Source: Minutocellus sp. GHC0000111 (Eukaryota). From it: DNA of 64,000 bases. The DNA lies in NCBI GenBank assembly GCA_977018835.1, contig OZ361257.1, forward strand, positions 3,968,001 through 4,032,000, written 5' to 3'. Positions 11,449-21,274 of the stretch are shown here, piece after piece. Both the position numbers and the translations under genes were made by a program. The stretch's first letter is position 1. Each line of letters starts with the position of its first letter. Under the pieces are notes generated by a model, which did not search any database, was not told the DNA's origin, and was given only the letters and a program-made list of their open reading frames with translations.

Positions 11449-12362
11449 CTAACGGCGTTCATCAGCCCTCGTCCTGGAATCACTCTTCATGGCCTCGGCG
11501 GCAGCTCTACCAATGCGGAGAATTTCAATGTGTTCATCTTCGGTTACAAATTCCCTAATCATATCTCCCCGATAAATGGCGTCAAAGAGATCCAGGGCAC
11601 TCTCATCTCCAGCCTCGGCGCCGATCCGGGCGTGGTGGTACAATAGCTCCATATCCTCCTCCTGCCCGGCCTTGGCTGCAAGTTGTGAGTGGATGCTCAA
11701 ACATCCAGCGGCGGCTGCGTTTCGCATGTACTCCAACTCCTTCTCCTTGTTCACCTTGCAGCCGTAATGGCCGTGCTTGTAGTACATGGCCAGACGGCAG
11801 CAGGCGCCGATACTGCCGAGGTCGGCCGCCTTGTTCAGCATGTCGATGCCCAGTTCGATGTCATTAGGGTCGGGAGAGCCAACGTCACTGCTGCAATGTC
11901 CCGATAGATATTCGTAGGCCATTTCCTCCATGGCGATGGCATCTCCGTCGTCCATATTATTCCGAAGATCGTCGTGGTACTTGAGAGGGTTCTCCGAAGC
12001 GTCCACACTGGACAGTGCACGAAGCCGTAGTTCTCTTCCCGGTGGGCGTGACGGTCGCAGCCATGGCAGATGATCGAGCGGCAGCAGACCTGATAGATGC
12101 TTTTGATGGGAATCAGCGGCATGGGCAAGTCGCACACCGGACACGCCACGGGTGGAGAGGGAGGATGGTAGTCCTTCCATTTGGCCAGCTCGGCGTCCCG
12201 CTTGTGCTGCGCGGCCCTCTTCTTGCAGTGGGCCCTGTGCTGCTTTCGGTGCGTCTTTTGGCATGCCGCGCCGCAGTACCACACGTCCCGGCATCCCGTG
12301 CAGAGCTTGAGGGTGGCCTTGGACTCGCCCTTGCGGCAGGCGGCGCACTGTTCGGCTGTCAT
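11449..12362 (-). pseudogene. N-terminal MYND finger + Cys-rich + Sel1-repeat gene with a frameshift
   Basis: CAAC...CTGC...YCGAACQKTHRKQHRAHC, CPVC and CC...ICHGC are in one frame. The Sel1 region (LNKAADLGSIGACCRLAMYY) is in another, with the switch at ~12000. Confidence 0.75.
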
Positions 12363-12708
12363 GGTGGTTTGCAGGTTGAGGTGGGTCTGAAAAGAATGAG
12401 ATCTCCCACTTTATTCCCCTACTTTTCATCCCCTCCATACTGATTCAAATTCTCATTTCGGCACAGGGCGGCAGTTGCTTGAAAGTGAGCGAGCGTACCT
12501 ACTCTACTCGTACTCTAGTAGCTAGGTATCCTTTGCCATTACCTCGGACTGCAGCAATCAATTCGCCCAGCAAACGTCCGTGTAGCTTCATTGATAAGGG
12601 CAGGACAATTTTTTTTATCGCGGCGTGTTTTGGGGCGAATTTTGGTCAGCCAAATTTGATCAGATACCGTCTGTCAGTTCAGCACATCTGCGTCCTTGAT
12701 TCTCAGTC

Positions 12709-13866
12709 ATGGGCAAGAAGAGCAAGCGGAAGGCTGCCGCTACTGCGGCCAAGGTGAAGGGTGGTGCTTCCGCGCTGACTAGCTCGTCACCTGGGGACAT
12801 CCTCGGGCCCCGTCCCGATGGTATTACCTGCACCAATGAGGATCCAAGGCTCTGTGCGGTGTGTGATATTACTCTTCCTAGGGTCGGTTTCTTTGAAGAA
12901 ACCTCCTTCACACATGTAAGCGTCTGTTGCGGTACCCGAATCTGCTCATCTTGCAAGGGCACCGCCATGGTTCGAGTATGTAACAAATGCCCTTATTGCA
13001 AGTGTGGCTTTAAGACCAACCAGCAGGTCGTTGCGGTCCTGCGTGTGTACTCAAAGAAAGGTTACGCATGGGCAATGGACGTGTTGGGAATGATGCATCG
13101 CGACGGTTTCCCACCTGTCCTTCCGACATCTCAGACTGAGGCTACGAGATACTTTCGCATGGCGGCTGAAAAAAACAATCCATTCGCAATGGTCAATTTG
13201 GCTTCTTTGATTTCCCTGAATCGAAACGCTCTTCAGTCTGCCGATACTATCTCCGACGTCTACTGGCTCCTCAATGAAGCTACTCGACATGACCAGCATC
13301 TTGCTACACTTGCCCACGAACAAATTTGCAATGTAGCAGGAGGTATTCTAAATCAATCGGACCCTGTCGAAGAATCGGAATCAGTCAAGGTTACGTTGAA
13401 AGCGCTCACTGCTCTTGCTGCGCAAGGAATTGGAAGGGCGCAGTTACAGCTTGGACTATTTTATGGCAATTTTGGTAAAGTCACCGATCAGCTCACTGCA
13501 CAGAAGTGGCATGAATGGCTTTCCGTCAATACCAGGTCTCCCAATTATGCGTTGCAGGGAGCTGGGATTTTGGACAAGTTCGCTCTTCTGCGATTTTGGT
13601 ATGGAGTACTTTCTGAGGGCACGTCCAAAGCTCATGTTGACCCTGAAGCGATGGAGTTGACTAAGGAAACCCTGACGGACCTGCGTCGCGAATGTACCAG
13701 CTGTGGCGTTGGCCTCAATGCCTGCAGCCGCAAACTGTGCAGAGGATGCAAAGCGTACTGCTATTGCAGCCGCGAATGCCAAAAGGCCCATTGGGAAGCC
13801 AAAGAAGACGGCCATCGGGATGAGTGCAAGGAGGTTATGGCTCTGAAGATGGCGATGAAGAAGTGA
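12709..13866 (+). CDS. Cys-rich/Sel1-repeat/C-terminal MYND zinc-finger protein
   Basis: Intact 385-aa ORF with MGKKSKR start, Sel1 repeats and CTSC...CRGCKAYCYCSRECQKAHW...HRDEC. Confidence 0.9.
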   Translation: MGKKSKRKAAATAAKVKGGASALTSSSPGDILGPRPDGITCTNEDPRLCAVCDITLPRVGFFEETSFTHVSVCCGTRICSSCKGTAMVRVCNKCPYCKCGFKTNQQVVAVLRVYSKKGYAWAMDVLGMMHRDGFPPVLPTSQTEATRYFRMAAEKNNPFAMVNLASLISLNRNALQSADTISDVYWLLNEATRHDQHLATLAHEQICNVAGGILNQSDPVEESESVKVTLKALTALAAQGIGRAQLQLGLFYGNFGKVTDQLTAQKWHEWLSVNTRSPNYALQGAGILDKFALLRFWYGVLSEGTSKAHVDPEAMELTKETLTDLRRECTSCGVGLNACSRKLCRGCKAYCYCSRECQKAHWEAKEDGHRDECKEVMALKMAMKK

Positions 13867-13896
13867 GAAAGGAAGAGATGACAAAAGTGAATATGA

Positions 13897-14230
13897 TCAC
13901 TTTTGGAAAGCCAAACTGACTTCCGGCTGCTGCGGCTCAGATTTATCTGTACCAATACTGCCTCTCTGCCGCCTGGGCATCGGCCGAGCCTCGAGAGATG
14001 GTTCGAACCAGCTGCAGTGAAGGAGAGCGGGGGTATCAGTTGATGGTGGGGCTGCGGGTGGGTTTGGAGCTTGCGCCAGACTAGAGCAAATCGTGGAATT
14101 ACGAAGTTCGGTTGTTTGACGTCCACGCAACAGATACGATTCGATTCCGGGGTCGTAAACGTCACGGCAGTCCGGAAGGTCCTTCGGTGCGGGAATAGAC
14201 GAGGCCTTAGCCGAGAAAAGATCAACTAGT
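13897..14230 (-). other. Possible orphan 3' gene fragment
   Basis: Open frame (…DLFSAKASSIPAPKDLPD…SLAFQK*) with no credible start, abutting the intron remnant of the BTB gene. Confidence 0.25.
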
Positions 14231-14312
14231 GTGATGCTTTGGAATGGCGGTTGTTTCTTTTTAATTATCGTCATCTCATCATTGTTCGTCCCCTCTTACT
14301 CCATGACTCCAG

Positions 14313-15503
14313 GCCGAAGAGGACCTGTACCTGACGGGAACCGAGAATACCATCCGGCGGGTGACGGCCGAGACCAACTACTCCTGCCTCATGCTCAAGA
14401 CGCAGCGCTTCTCCTCCCTCTTTCGGCATTACGCCAAATACCACGGCCTCCGAAAGGACGATCTGGAATACTACTTCGTCAATCCCCTCGAGAACGAGGA
14501 CACGCCCGAATCCGTCCAGCTCCAGCGGGGGGATACCATCATGGTTCGGAAGAGACGCAAGCCGGAGCCGCCCGAGCCGGCGGCGGACGACGAGGAGTTC
14601 TTCAAGGATATGAAGGATTTGTTGGACGACGACGAGCACATGGACTGCGTGTTTTTGGTCCACGAGGATGGCGGACAGAGTCACTTTTCCAGTCCCAGCA
14701 AGGTTGCAGGTGGCGGTGGTAGCGGAGGTGGACCCAATACCCCCTTTGGCGGCGGCGGCAGCAGTATGACCCCCGACCTCGGTGGGGTGGCGGCCATGCA
14801 GACCGACGACGGGTACGGCACCAAAAAGAGCAGCCGGGTCGAAGACGAGACCGACACCAACAACAAGGCCAAGGCCGAGCCCAAGATGGTGGAGATCAAG
14901 GCCCACAAGTGCATCCTCACGGCCCGCGGGGAATACTTCAAGGCCCTGTTCCGCAAGGGGGCGACCTCCACCTCGTCGTCCGGAGAGACCACCCACGTGG
15001 CCTTCAAGGAATCGACCGAGAACACCATCCGGGTCGAACCCACCTTCAGTCCCAAGATCATCCGCCTCATGCTGGAGTTCGTCTACACCAATCGCATCAC
15101 AGCCCTCAGCCACGGTCGGATCTCCACGGACGATCTGCTCAGCCTCCTCCATCTGTCCGACAGATGGCTCCTCCGCGATCTGAAGCGGCTGGTCGAGCAC
15201 GAGCTCATCCGCTCCCACATGGACGTCAACACCGTCCCCCGGATGTACTGCGCCACGGAGGACTTTCACGCCCGCCGCTTGTCCAACGACTTCATCATGG
15301 AGAACATCCGAGAGGTGGCCGGCAACCACGCCTTCCAGGAGGAGATGAAGCACTATCCGCACCTGACGTTGCCGATTCTGAAGGCGGCGGCCGGTATGAT
15401 CCCGCAGCCGGTGCACAAGAAGCAGAGGACGGAGCCGCCGAGTACTCCCGGTGGAGGTAGTGGACAGCGCGGCCACAGCCCGATTGCCGATGATTCGGCG
15501 TGA
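14313..15503 (+). CDS. SUMO-like (ubiquitin-fold) + BTB/POZ domain protein; first exon not found
   Basis: Pyrimidine tract and CAG acceptor at 14310-14312, with an in-frame stop just upstream. KTQRFSSLFRHYAK...EDTPESVQLQRGDTIMV is SUMO-like; IKAHKCILTARGEYFKALF...MLEFVYT is BTB. Confidence 0.8.
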   Translation, partial: AEEDLYLTGTENTIRRVTAETNYSCLMLKTQRFSSLFRHYAKYHGLRKDDLEYYFVNPLENEDTPESVQLQRGDTIMVRKRRKPEPPEPAADDEEFFKDMKDLLDDDEHMDCVFLVHEDGGQSHFSSPSKVAGGGGSGGGPNTPFGGGGSSMTPDLGGVAAMQTDDGYGTKKSSRVEDETDTNNKAKAEPKMVEIKAHKCILTARGEYFKALFRKGATSTSSSGETTHVAFKESTENTIRVEPTFSPKIIRLMLEFVYTNRITALSHGRISTDDLLSLLHLSDRWLLRDLKRLVEHELIRSHMDVNTVPRMYCATEDFHARRLSNDFIMENIREVAGNHAFQEEMKHYPHLTLPILKAAAGMIPQPVHKKQRTEPPSTPGGGSGQRGHSPIADDSA

Positions 15504-15646
15504 AAGGAGGGATACTAAGTATGATTATATATATAAACGCGCATATCGCTACGCAGCTAGGTCTCTCATGCCGATATTCTCTTGGCGGAGCAAGCAGAAC
15601 CCATGTGATACGTAGTAATTGCATAATGCTAGTCTTCGATTTTATG

Positions 15647-17104
15647 CTACTTCCCATAGACATCGAAGAATCCGATACTCTCGAGATCTTTTATTCTCTC
15701 TTCGTCCATATTCGTTTTCTCCCCTCTGACAAACTTATCGTACTCCTTCTTTTGGTTCCAAACCCAACTGTAAAGAGGTGAGTGCTTCGCTCGAGGGACG
15801 GGAACGACGCCATTCTCGTCGTAGAAATAACGTAGCTCACCGAGGCGTTTCTTCCATCGGTATGTCAGCTTTGATCTCCACTCAAATCCGATACCGTCAA
15901 GCCTTTCAATTCTTTCTTCGATAATCCCTGTCATCTTTCCTTCTTTCAACTTCCTATATTCTCGACGCTGTACTGATACCCACCAAAAAAGTTCCTGATC
16001 TTCCCAAGATGACGGAACATCTGTGTGGCCATGAGCTGCCTTGAACTCAACAAGCTCGGCAAACTTTTCTTCCCAGGCAGCCTCGAACACGCTCCAGACA
16101 AAACCAATTTGGTTCAGCTTTTCGATCCGTTCGTCGGTGAGTTGCGAGTGCTTCCCTTTTTGCAGTAGTCGATATTCTCTTCGCTGCGTGTTGACCCACA
16201 TTGCAAGTTTGTGATATTTGTTGTCACTGTCCCCGCGTGCATCCATTGGAACAAGAGTATCTCCGTGCTCCTCTTTGTAGGCCAACAATTCATCGTAGCG
16301 TTCATCCCACTCAGGCCGATCGCGCAGTCTCCATTCGAAACCGATTTCGTTCAGCGCGTCGATGCGTTCTTTCGTAATTCCAGGGTTTTGTTTCCAGTTT
16401 TCATCGAAAAATCTGTGGTAACAAGCTCGCTGATTCATCACCCAATTGCTAAGCTGTGGATTAACTTCGTAGGAGATGGGCACGTTGCAATCACTGTGCA
16501 TTTGTTTGTACTCTTTGAGCTCTCCCAAACGCTTCCACCACTGTTCGTCGTCTAGCTTTCCTAGTGGCCTCGTCCATTCGAATCCCATACTCTCCAGGGC
16601 CTCGATCCGCTCGGAGCTCAACTTCTTTTGCTGATACCTTCGCCGCTGATTAAAAACCCAGATGCCGAGCTGTGGATTCGCCTCGAACTTACGTGGCACA
16701 TTGCAGTCACTAACCTCTTGCTTGTAGTCCTCGAGCTCTCCAAATCGCGCCCACCAATTCTTGTCGCGTTTCGCCAGCACCCTGCCCGACGCCTCCAACT
16801 CGGCAAGAAACACTTGCGAGATGGCGTGCACTACCTCTTCCCCGCTGGGTGTTGATATCGCGTTTGCACATTGGAGGGAGACCGGTCGGCACAGGAGGTT
16901 GATGTGCCTCCTTTGTGATATCTGGGTACTGATCAGCGGCCAGCCAATTGGCAAGTCTTGGTGGCGCAGGTGTTCCGACTTTGTCGTGCTGTAACCCGCC
17001 GTTGATTGTGGTGCAAATGCCGTGCCTCGGACTGCCAGAAGAAGCAAGACGAACCATCCGGCGAGGATACCGGCACAATCCGGCGAGCGATGGAGCAATG
17101 CCAT
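15647..17104 (-). CDS. Helicase-associated (HA) domain repeat protein, 5 repeats, predicted plastid-targeted
   Basis: Five WxxrfxEL..YK..HG.c.VP...L..WV..QR...ERI..L..IGF.W repeats. Signal peptide ends in GTA-FAP. Likely start at 17104. Confidence 0.9.
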   Translation of the reverse strand: MALLHRSPDCAGILAGWFVLLLLAVRGTAFAPQSTAGYSTTKSEHLRHQDLPIGWPLISTQISQRRHINLLCRPVSLQCANAISTPSGEEVVHAISQVFLAELEASGRVLAKRDKNWWARFGELEDYKQEVSDCNVPRKFEANPQLGIWVFNQRRRYQQKKLSSERIEALESMGFEWTRPLGKLDDEQWWKRLGELKEYKQMHSDCNVPISYEVNPQLSNWVMNQRACYHRFFDENWKQNPGITKERIDALNEIGFEWRLRDRPEWDERYDELLAYKEEHGDTLVPMDARGDSDNKYHKLAMWVNTQRREYRLLQKGKHSQLTDERIEKLNQIGFVWSVFEAAWEEKFAELVEFKAAHGHTDVPSSWEDQELFWWVSVQRREYRKLKEGKMTGIIEERIERLDGIGFEWRSKLTYRWKKRLGELRYFYDENGVVPVPRAKHSPLYSWVWNQKKEYDKFVRGEKTNMDEERIKDLESIGFFDVYGK

Positions 17105-17421
17105 TTTGTTCCGGATCGATTGCTCTCTGTCTCCTCCGTCCATAACCGTCAAATAAATGATTGTGGTCGCGGTCGGTCAATTCGGCAATTCAGCGCTTTT
17201 GTCTGTCCGTCTTCCGAGGGTTCGCCTGCAAGGTTCGCACAGCTTTGCAGCTCCGCCGCGCGCCGACGAGCAAAGAGCTTCCTGGATGCAGACACAACTT
17301 CCCCGCTGGTCGGCGAAGTTGTCCTGTGAGAAGTGCTTTCGCATTGGCATCTTGGGCCTCATAATTTGCATCTACTGTGCCAAATATCTTCAATTGCATT
17401 GCTACTGCTCTCCCAACCATC

Positions 17422-18621
17422 ATGTCGTCGGACCTTCAGCTCCTTCAGCCTCTGACCGTCGGCGGTCAGCAGATCCAGAACCGCGTCTGCCTCGCCCCCA
17501 TGACCCGCGCCCGGTGCACCCCGACCGAGGACCCTCTCGACCCCAGCGCGACCAACGCCACGCCCAACGACCTCATGGCCGAGTACTACGAGCAGCGCGC
17601 CTCGGGCGGACTTCTCATCACCGAGGCCACGGCCATCTCCGAGCAGGGCGGCGGGTGGCTCAACGCACCGCACATCCGCACTCCCGAGCAGGTCGCCGCG
17701 TGGAAGAAGGTCACCGACCGCGTCCATGCCAAGGGATCCGTCATTTACATGCAGCTCTGGCACATGGGCCGTCAGACGCATTCCAGCTTCCATCCCTCGA
17801 CGGGTACCATTTCCGCTCCGTCGGCCATTGCCATGAGCGGAGCGCAGACCAAGACCATCACCAAGGACCACGTCGAGCCCGAAACGCCCACGGAAATGAC
17901 CCTCGACGACATCCAGTCCACCATCGCCGATTACGCCACTGCCGCCCAGCTGGCCGCCGAGGCCGGCTTCGACGGAGTCGAGGTCCATTCCGCCAACGGA
18001 TATCTTCTCGACACCTTCCTCCAATCCAGCACCAACACCCGCACCGATGCCTACGGCGGTTCGCCCGAGAATCGCGTCCGTCTCCTCAAGGAGGTGATGG
18101 ACGCCATCGTCGCCAACGGTGCCTTCCCGGCCAACCGCATCGCCGTCCGCCTCAGCCCCAACGGGGCCTTTGGCGACATGGGCAGCGACGACAACGACAC
18201 CATGTTCCCCTACGTTGCCTCCCAGCTCAACGCCTACGGCTTGGCCTACCTCCACGTCATGGACGGACTCGGATTCGGCTTCCACCAAAAGTGCAAGGCC
18301 GTCACCTGCGCCGACATCCGCAAGGTGTACGACGGTCTCATCATGGCCAACGTTGGTCTTACCAGGGATACCGCCGAGGGGATGATTCGGAGCGGCGCCG
18401 TCGACCTGGCCTGCTTTGGCAGGATCTACATGTCCAACCCCAACCTCGTGGAGAGATTTGCCAACGATTGGCCGATTGAGGAGGGTGCTCCGTACGAAAC
18501 GTGGTGGGGTGAGACCGCCGAGAAGGGATATACCGATTGGCCGGCGTACAAGCCCCCCAAGGGGGAAGAGAAGGAGAAGGACTCGGAGGAGGAGAAGAAG
18601 GACGGTGAAGAGGCGGAGTAG
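17422..18621 (+). CDS. Old yellow enzyme / NADH:flavin oxidoreductase (OPR/NemA-like)
   Basis: Motifs NRVCLAPMTRAR, YYEQRAS.GLLITEAT, QLWHMGR, AGFDGVEVHSANGYLLDTF, NTRTDAYGGSPENR and GYTDWP. Confidence 0.95.
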   Translation: MSSDLQLLQPLTVGGQQIQNRVCLAPMTRARCTPTEDPLDPSATNATPNDLMAEYYEQRASGGLLITEATAISEQGGGWLNAPHIRTPEQVAAWKKVTDRVHAKGSVIYMQLWHMGRQTHSSFHPSTGTISAPSAIAMSGAQTKTITKDHVEPETPTEMTLDDIQSTIADYATAAQLAAEAGFDGVEVHSANGYLLDTFLQSSTNTRTDAYGGSPENRVRLLKEVMDAIVANGAFPANRIAVRLSPNGAFGDMGSDDNDTMFPYVASQLNAYGLAYLHVMDGLGFGFHQKCKAVTCADIRKVYDGLIMANVGLTRDTAEGMIRSGAVDLACFGRIYMSNPNLVERFANDWPIEEGAPYETWWGETAEKGYTDWPAYKPPKGEEKEKDSEEEKKDGEEAE

Positions 18622-18870
18622 GTTTTGCGAGTGATAAAATATATTACAAGTCGACGTTGTACATACACATACGGCATACGGCATACCAGTTCGTACTAAT
18701 AATTAGATAGTTACAGATGATCATGTATATCCTTTCGTTTGGTATCTACGATCGTACGTAGCTAGCTGGCTGGACTCTGAATTGATTTAGCATCTATGAT
18801 TGTACCATAACGCGAAAAGATTTCTTCGACAACGGTACCGTGGCAGCCCTTGCGTTTCAATGTATATATT

Positions 18871-20992
18871 TTAGACGATGGAAAAGTATGAAAGCGCGAA
18901 CGACACCAAACCGAGGCCGAGCATCGTAGTGGGAACATGAGAAGCCGAGGTGGTATCGGGTTCTACAATTTCGTCTTCCATCGATTCTCCGTTGTCAGAG
19001 TCTGATGCACCTTCTTCAGTGCCCATCTCACCCTCCATCATGCTCTCAACGATCGTCATTACATCTTCGTCAACGACTCCCGACATGACGTCCATCATAT
19101 CTTCTCCGTCCTCACCTTCAAGAAGAGTGGTTGGAATAAGGGGGCCAAAGAACTCCTCGAATAACTCGATGGTGGTACCATCGTTTCGGACCTGATGAAG
19201 CCAGCTGTTGTATCGAACGTAGGTGCTGGGAGGAAGATCACGCCGGAGAGGATACGAGTAGAAGAAACCATCCTCGAACTCGGCGGGCATCTCTTCCTCG
19301 CCAAAGGGGGCAAAGGTCACCGGCACACCGGGAATGGCGAAGGCGGCATTGGCAAATCCATCCAGGACCCAGTCTACCATCAGGTCGCACTCTCCGTTTG
19401 AGAGGGAATTGTAGCAACCGTCGACAGATGCACAAGTAAGTGGGTTCGAAATAATCAAGTCCTTCGGAGCGGTGACGAGAGTGCCGTCTAGGATACAAAC
19501 ACTTGCACCTTGCTCATTGGCCTCTTCCAACGTTTCAATACCGGTTGGGCCATCAACAAGTCGGAACAGGACAAGCTGTTGCCAGACAAAGCGGAAGCCG
19601 AAGATTGCATTTTCCTGACGTTCTACGGAGGCTGCAAAGGGGCCGACGATGATATCAAACGGTGCTTCGGGAAGAGCCACAATCGCATCGTTGTAAAATC
19701 CGGTTGGGTTGAAAATATTCCCGGGAGTGCTGAGCACGCCTGAGGCATTTTCGTCCGTTACCTCAGTAACATCTAGGACCAAGTCTCCATCGAAAGCCTC
19801 TTCGAGTGCCCTGAGATGCTCCACAGAAAGCCCTGTAAGCTCACCGTCTTTATCGAAGTATACATAAGGCGCATAAACCATGACGGCAACTCGAAGTGTG
19901 ACGCTGTAGGTTGCATCGAATGCTGTCTCTTGGGCGATGTGATCATCGATAGTCTCCTGGCCAAAGTACTCCCTGGTGAGATCAAAGAGGCCTGAATTGA
20001 GATTCTGAAGAACGGCTGGGTTCAAGCTCGACCGCACAGGCGTAGAGAGGTAGAACTGAATCTCCTCGTCGAAACCCTCCTCAGGAACCGGTGCTTCGGT
20101 CAAAACCAGGTCTGGCTGTAATTCATTTTGGGTGTATCGAACTATGACTGAATCGCCAAAGCCGTAGTCGCAATCACCTGCGGAGACTCGTTCGGCACAA
20201 GCGGGGATATTGGGGCCGCAAGGGACGGGATTATCGACAAAAGGTGCATACAAATTGCCCACGGCAGAGTCTTCGAGGACACAAACAGTACCCCCGGCAT
20301 TGTTCGCTTCTTCGATGGTTGCAAAGGCCGTGTCCTGAGAATGAAACAAAAGTCCGGCATTTCCATTGCAATAAGAAATAACAAAGGTGTTAGAAAAGAT
20401 CCAGGTGCGAAACTTCCTTTCAAACCACAATAACACTGACAAAGCAAGAGCAGAGAGGAAGCACTAGGTCAGGACTTACCGAGTTGGTTGAGTGAAATCC
20501 AACGACGGGGGCAACGGAAAATGGTTGAGGAGGGAAGGTAAATAGCTGCGTTCTCTCGGATGTGATGAAGTAGTCACCGACCAGCATATCCAGACATCCC
20601 ACGCCATCCGTGGCGGCCAGATCTTCGCAACCGTCCGTGATGGTTGCCTCGGCGCCGTTGTACGTTGATACGTTGGGCAATCCATCGAGATCGACAAAGT
20701 CGTACGTTACATTGTACCGATATGGGTTGGCCGATTCTTGGAACAAGGCCTGGCATTGAATTTCTTCGAGCCAATCCATCAGGAAGCCCGATATGGACCC
20801 ATCGGCCTCGTCGCGGTTGAGAAAGACGGGAAAGGCGCCTGGGACGATGCCAGCGCGGATGGTGAGGGGGAGGATGTCACGTTCATCTTCGACATCGTCG
20901 GCGGCGAGACGTCTCCTCCTGCATGCCTCGACACCGGACGGGGTCAACAGTAGCAGGAGGGCAGCGAAACTTGAGAGCGATGTGAATTTCAT
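18871..20992 (-). CDS. Secreted/surface protein with two type-2 solute-binding (SBP_bac_3 / iGluR ligand-binding-like) domains; intron 20335-20479
   Basis: Signal peptide MKFTSLSSFAALLLLL, an RRRRL site, repeats DMLVGDYFITSERT and DIIVGPFAASVERQ, and a C-terminal hydrophobic tail. A phase-0 GTAAGT...CAG intron joins the two ORFs (STNS|DTAF). Confidence 0.75.
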
Positions 20993-21274
20993 GGCAAGTA
21001 GAGGGAATAGAAGAATGAGATGTTCCTCTCTTTGATGTGTGGCTTCCTTCCGCGTTGTTGGCCTCTCTGCTCTTGAGAAAGTTGTGGCTTGGAATAGAAA
21101 AGACCGGCTGCATGGCGAGGATAGGAAGACGTCGGAGATGCTCCGAACCTCCGACGAAGACAGACGAAAGTGCGAACAGCCGCACATTCAAAATCAGGTC
21201 AGGGACGGACATAACATACCTACGTAGGTACATGCCGGCACCGTGGAACTCCTGAAGACCACAAGCAGAATAGG

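Noticed and set aside
14271..18684. Long antisense or alternative-frame ORFs (14271-15476, 17157-18479, 17359-18684, and similar ones elsewhere)
   Set aside because: These are shadows of GC3-rich real genes and contain no recognisable motifs.
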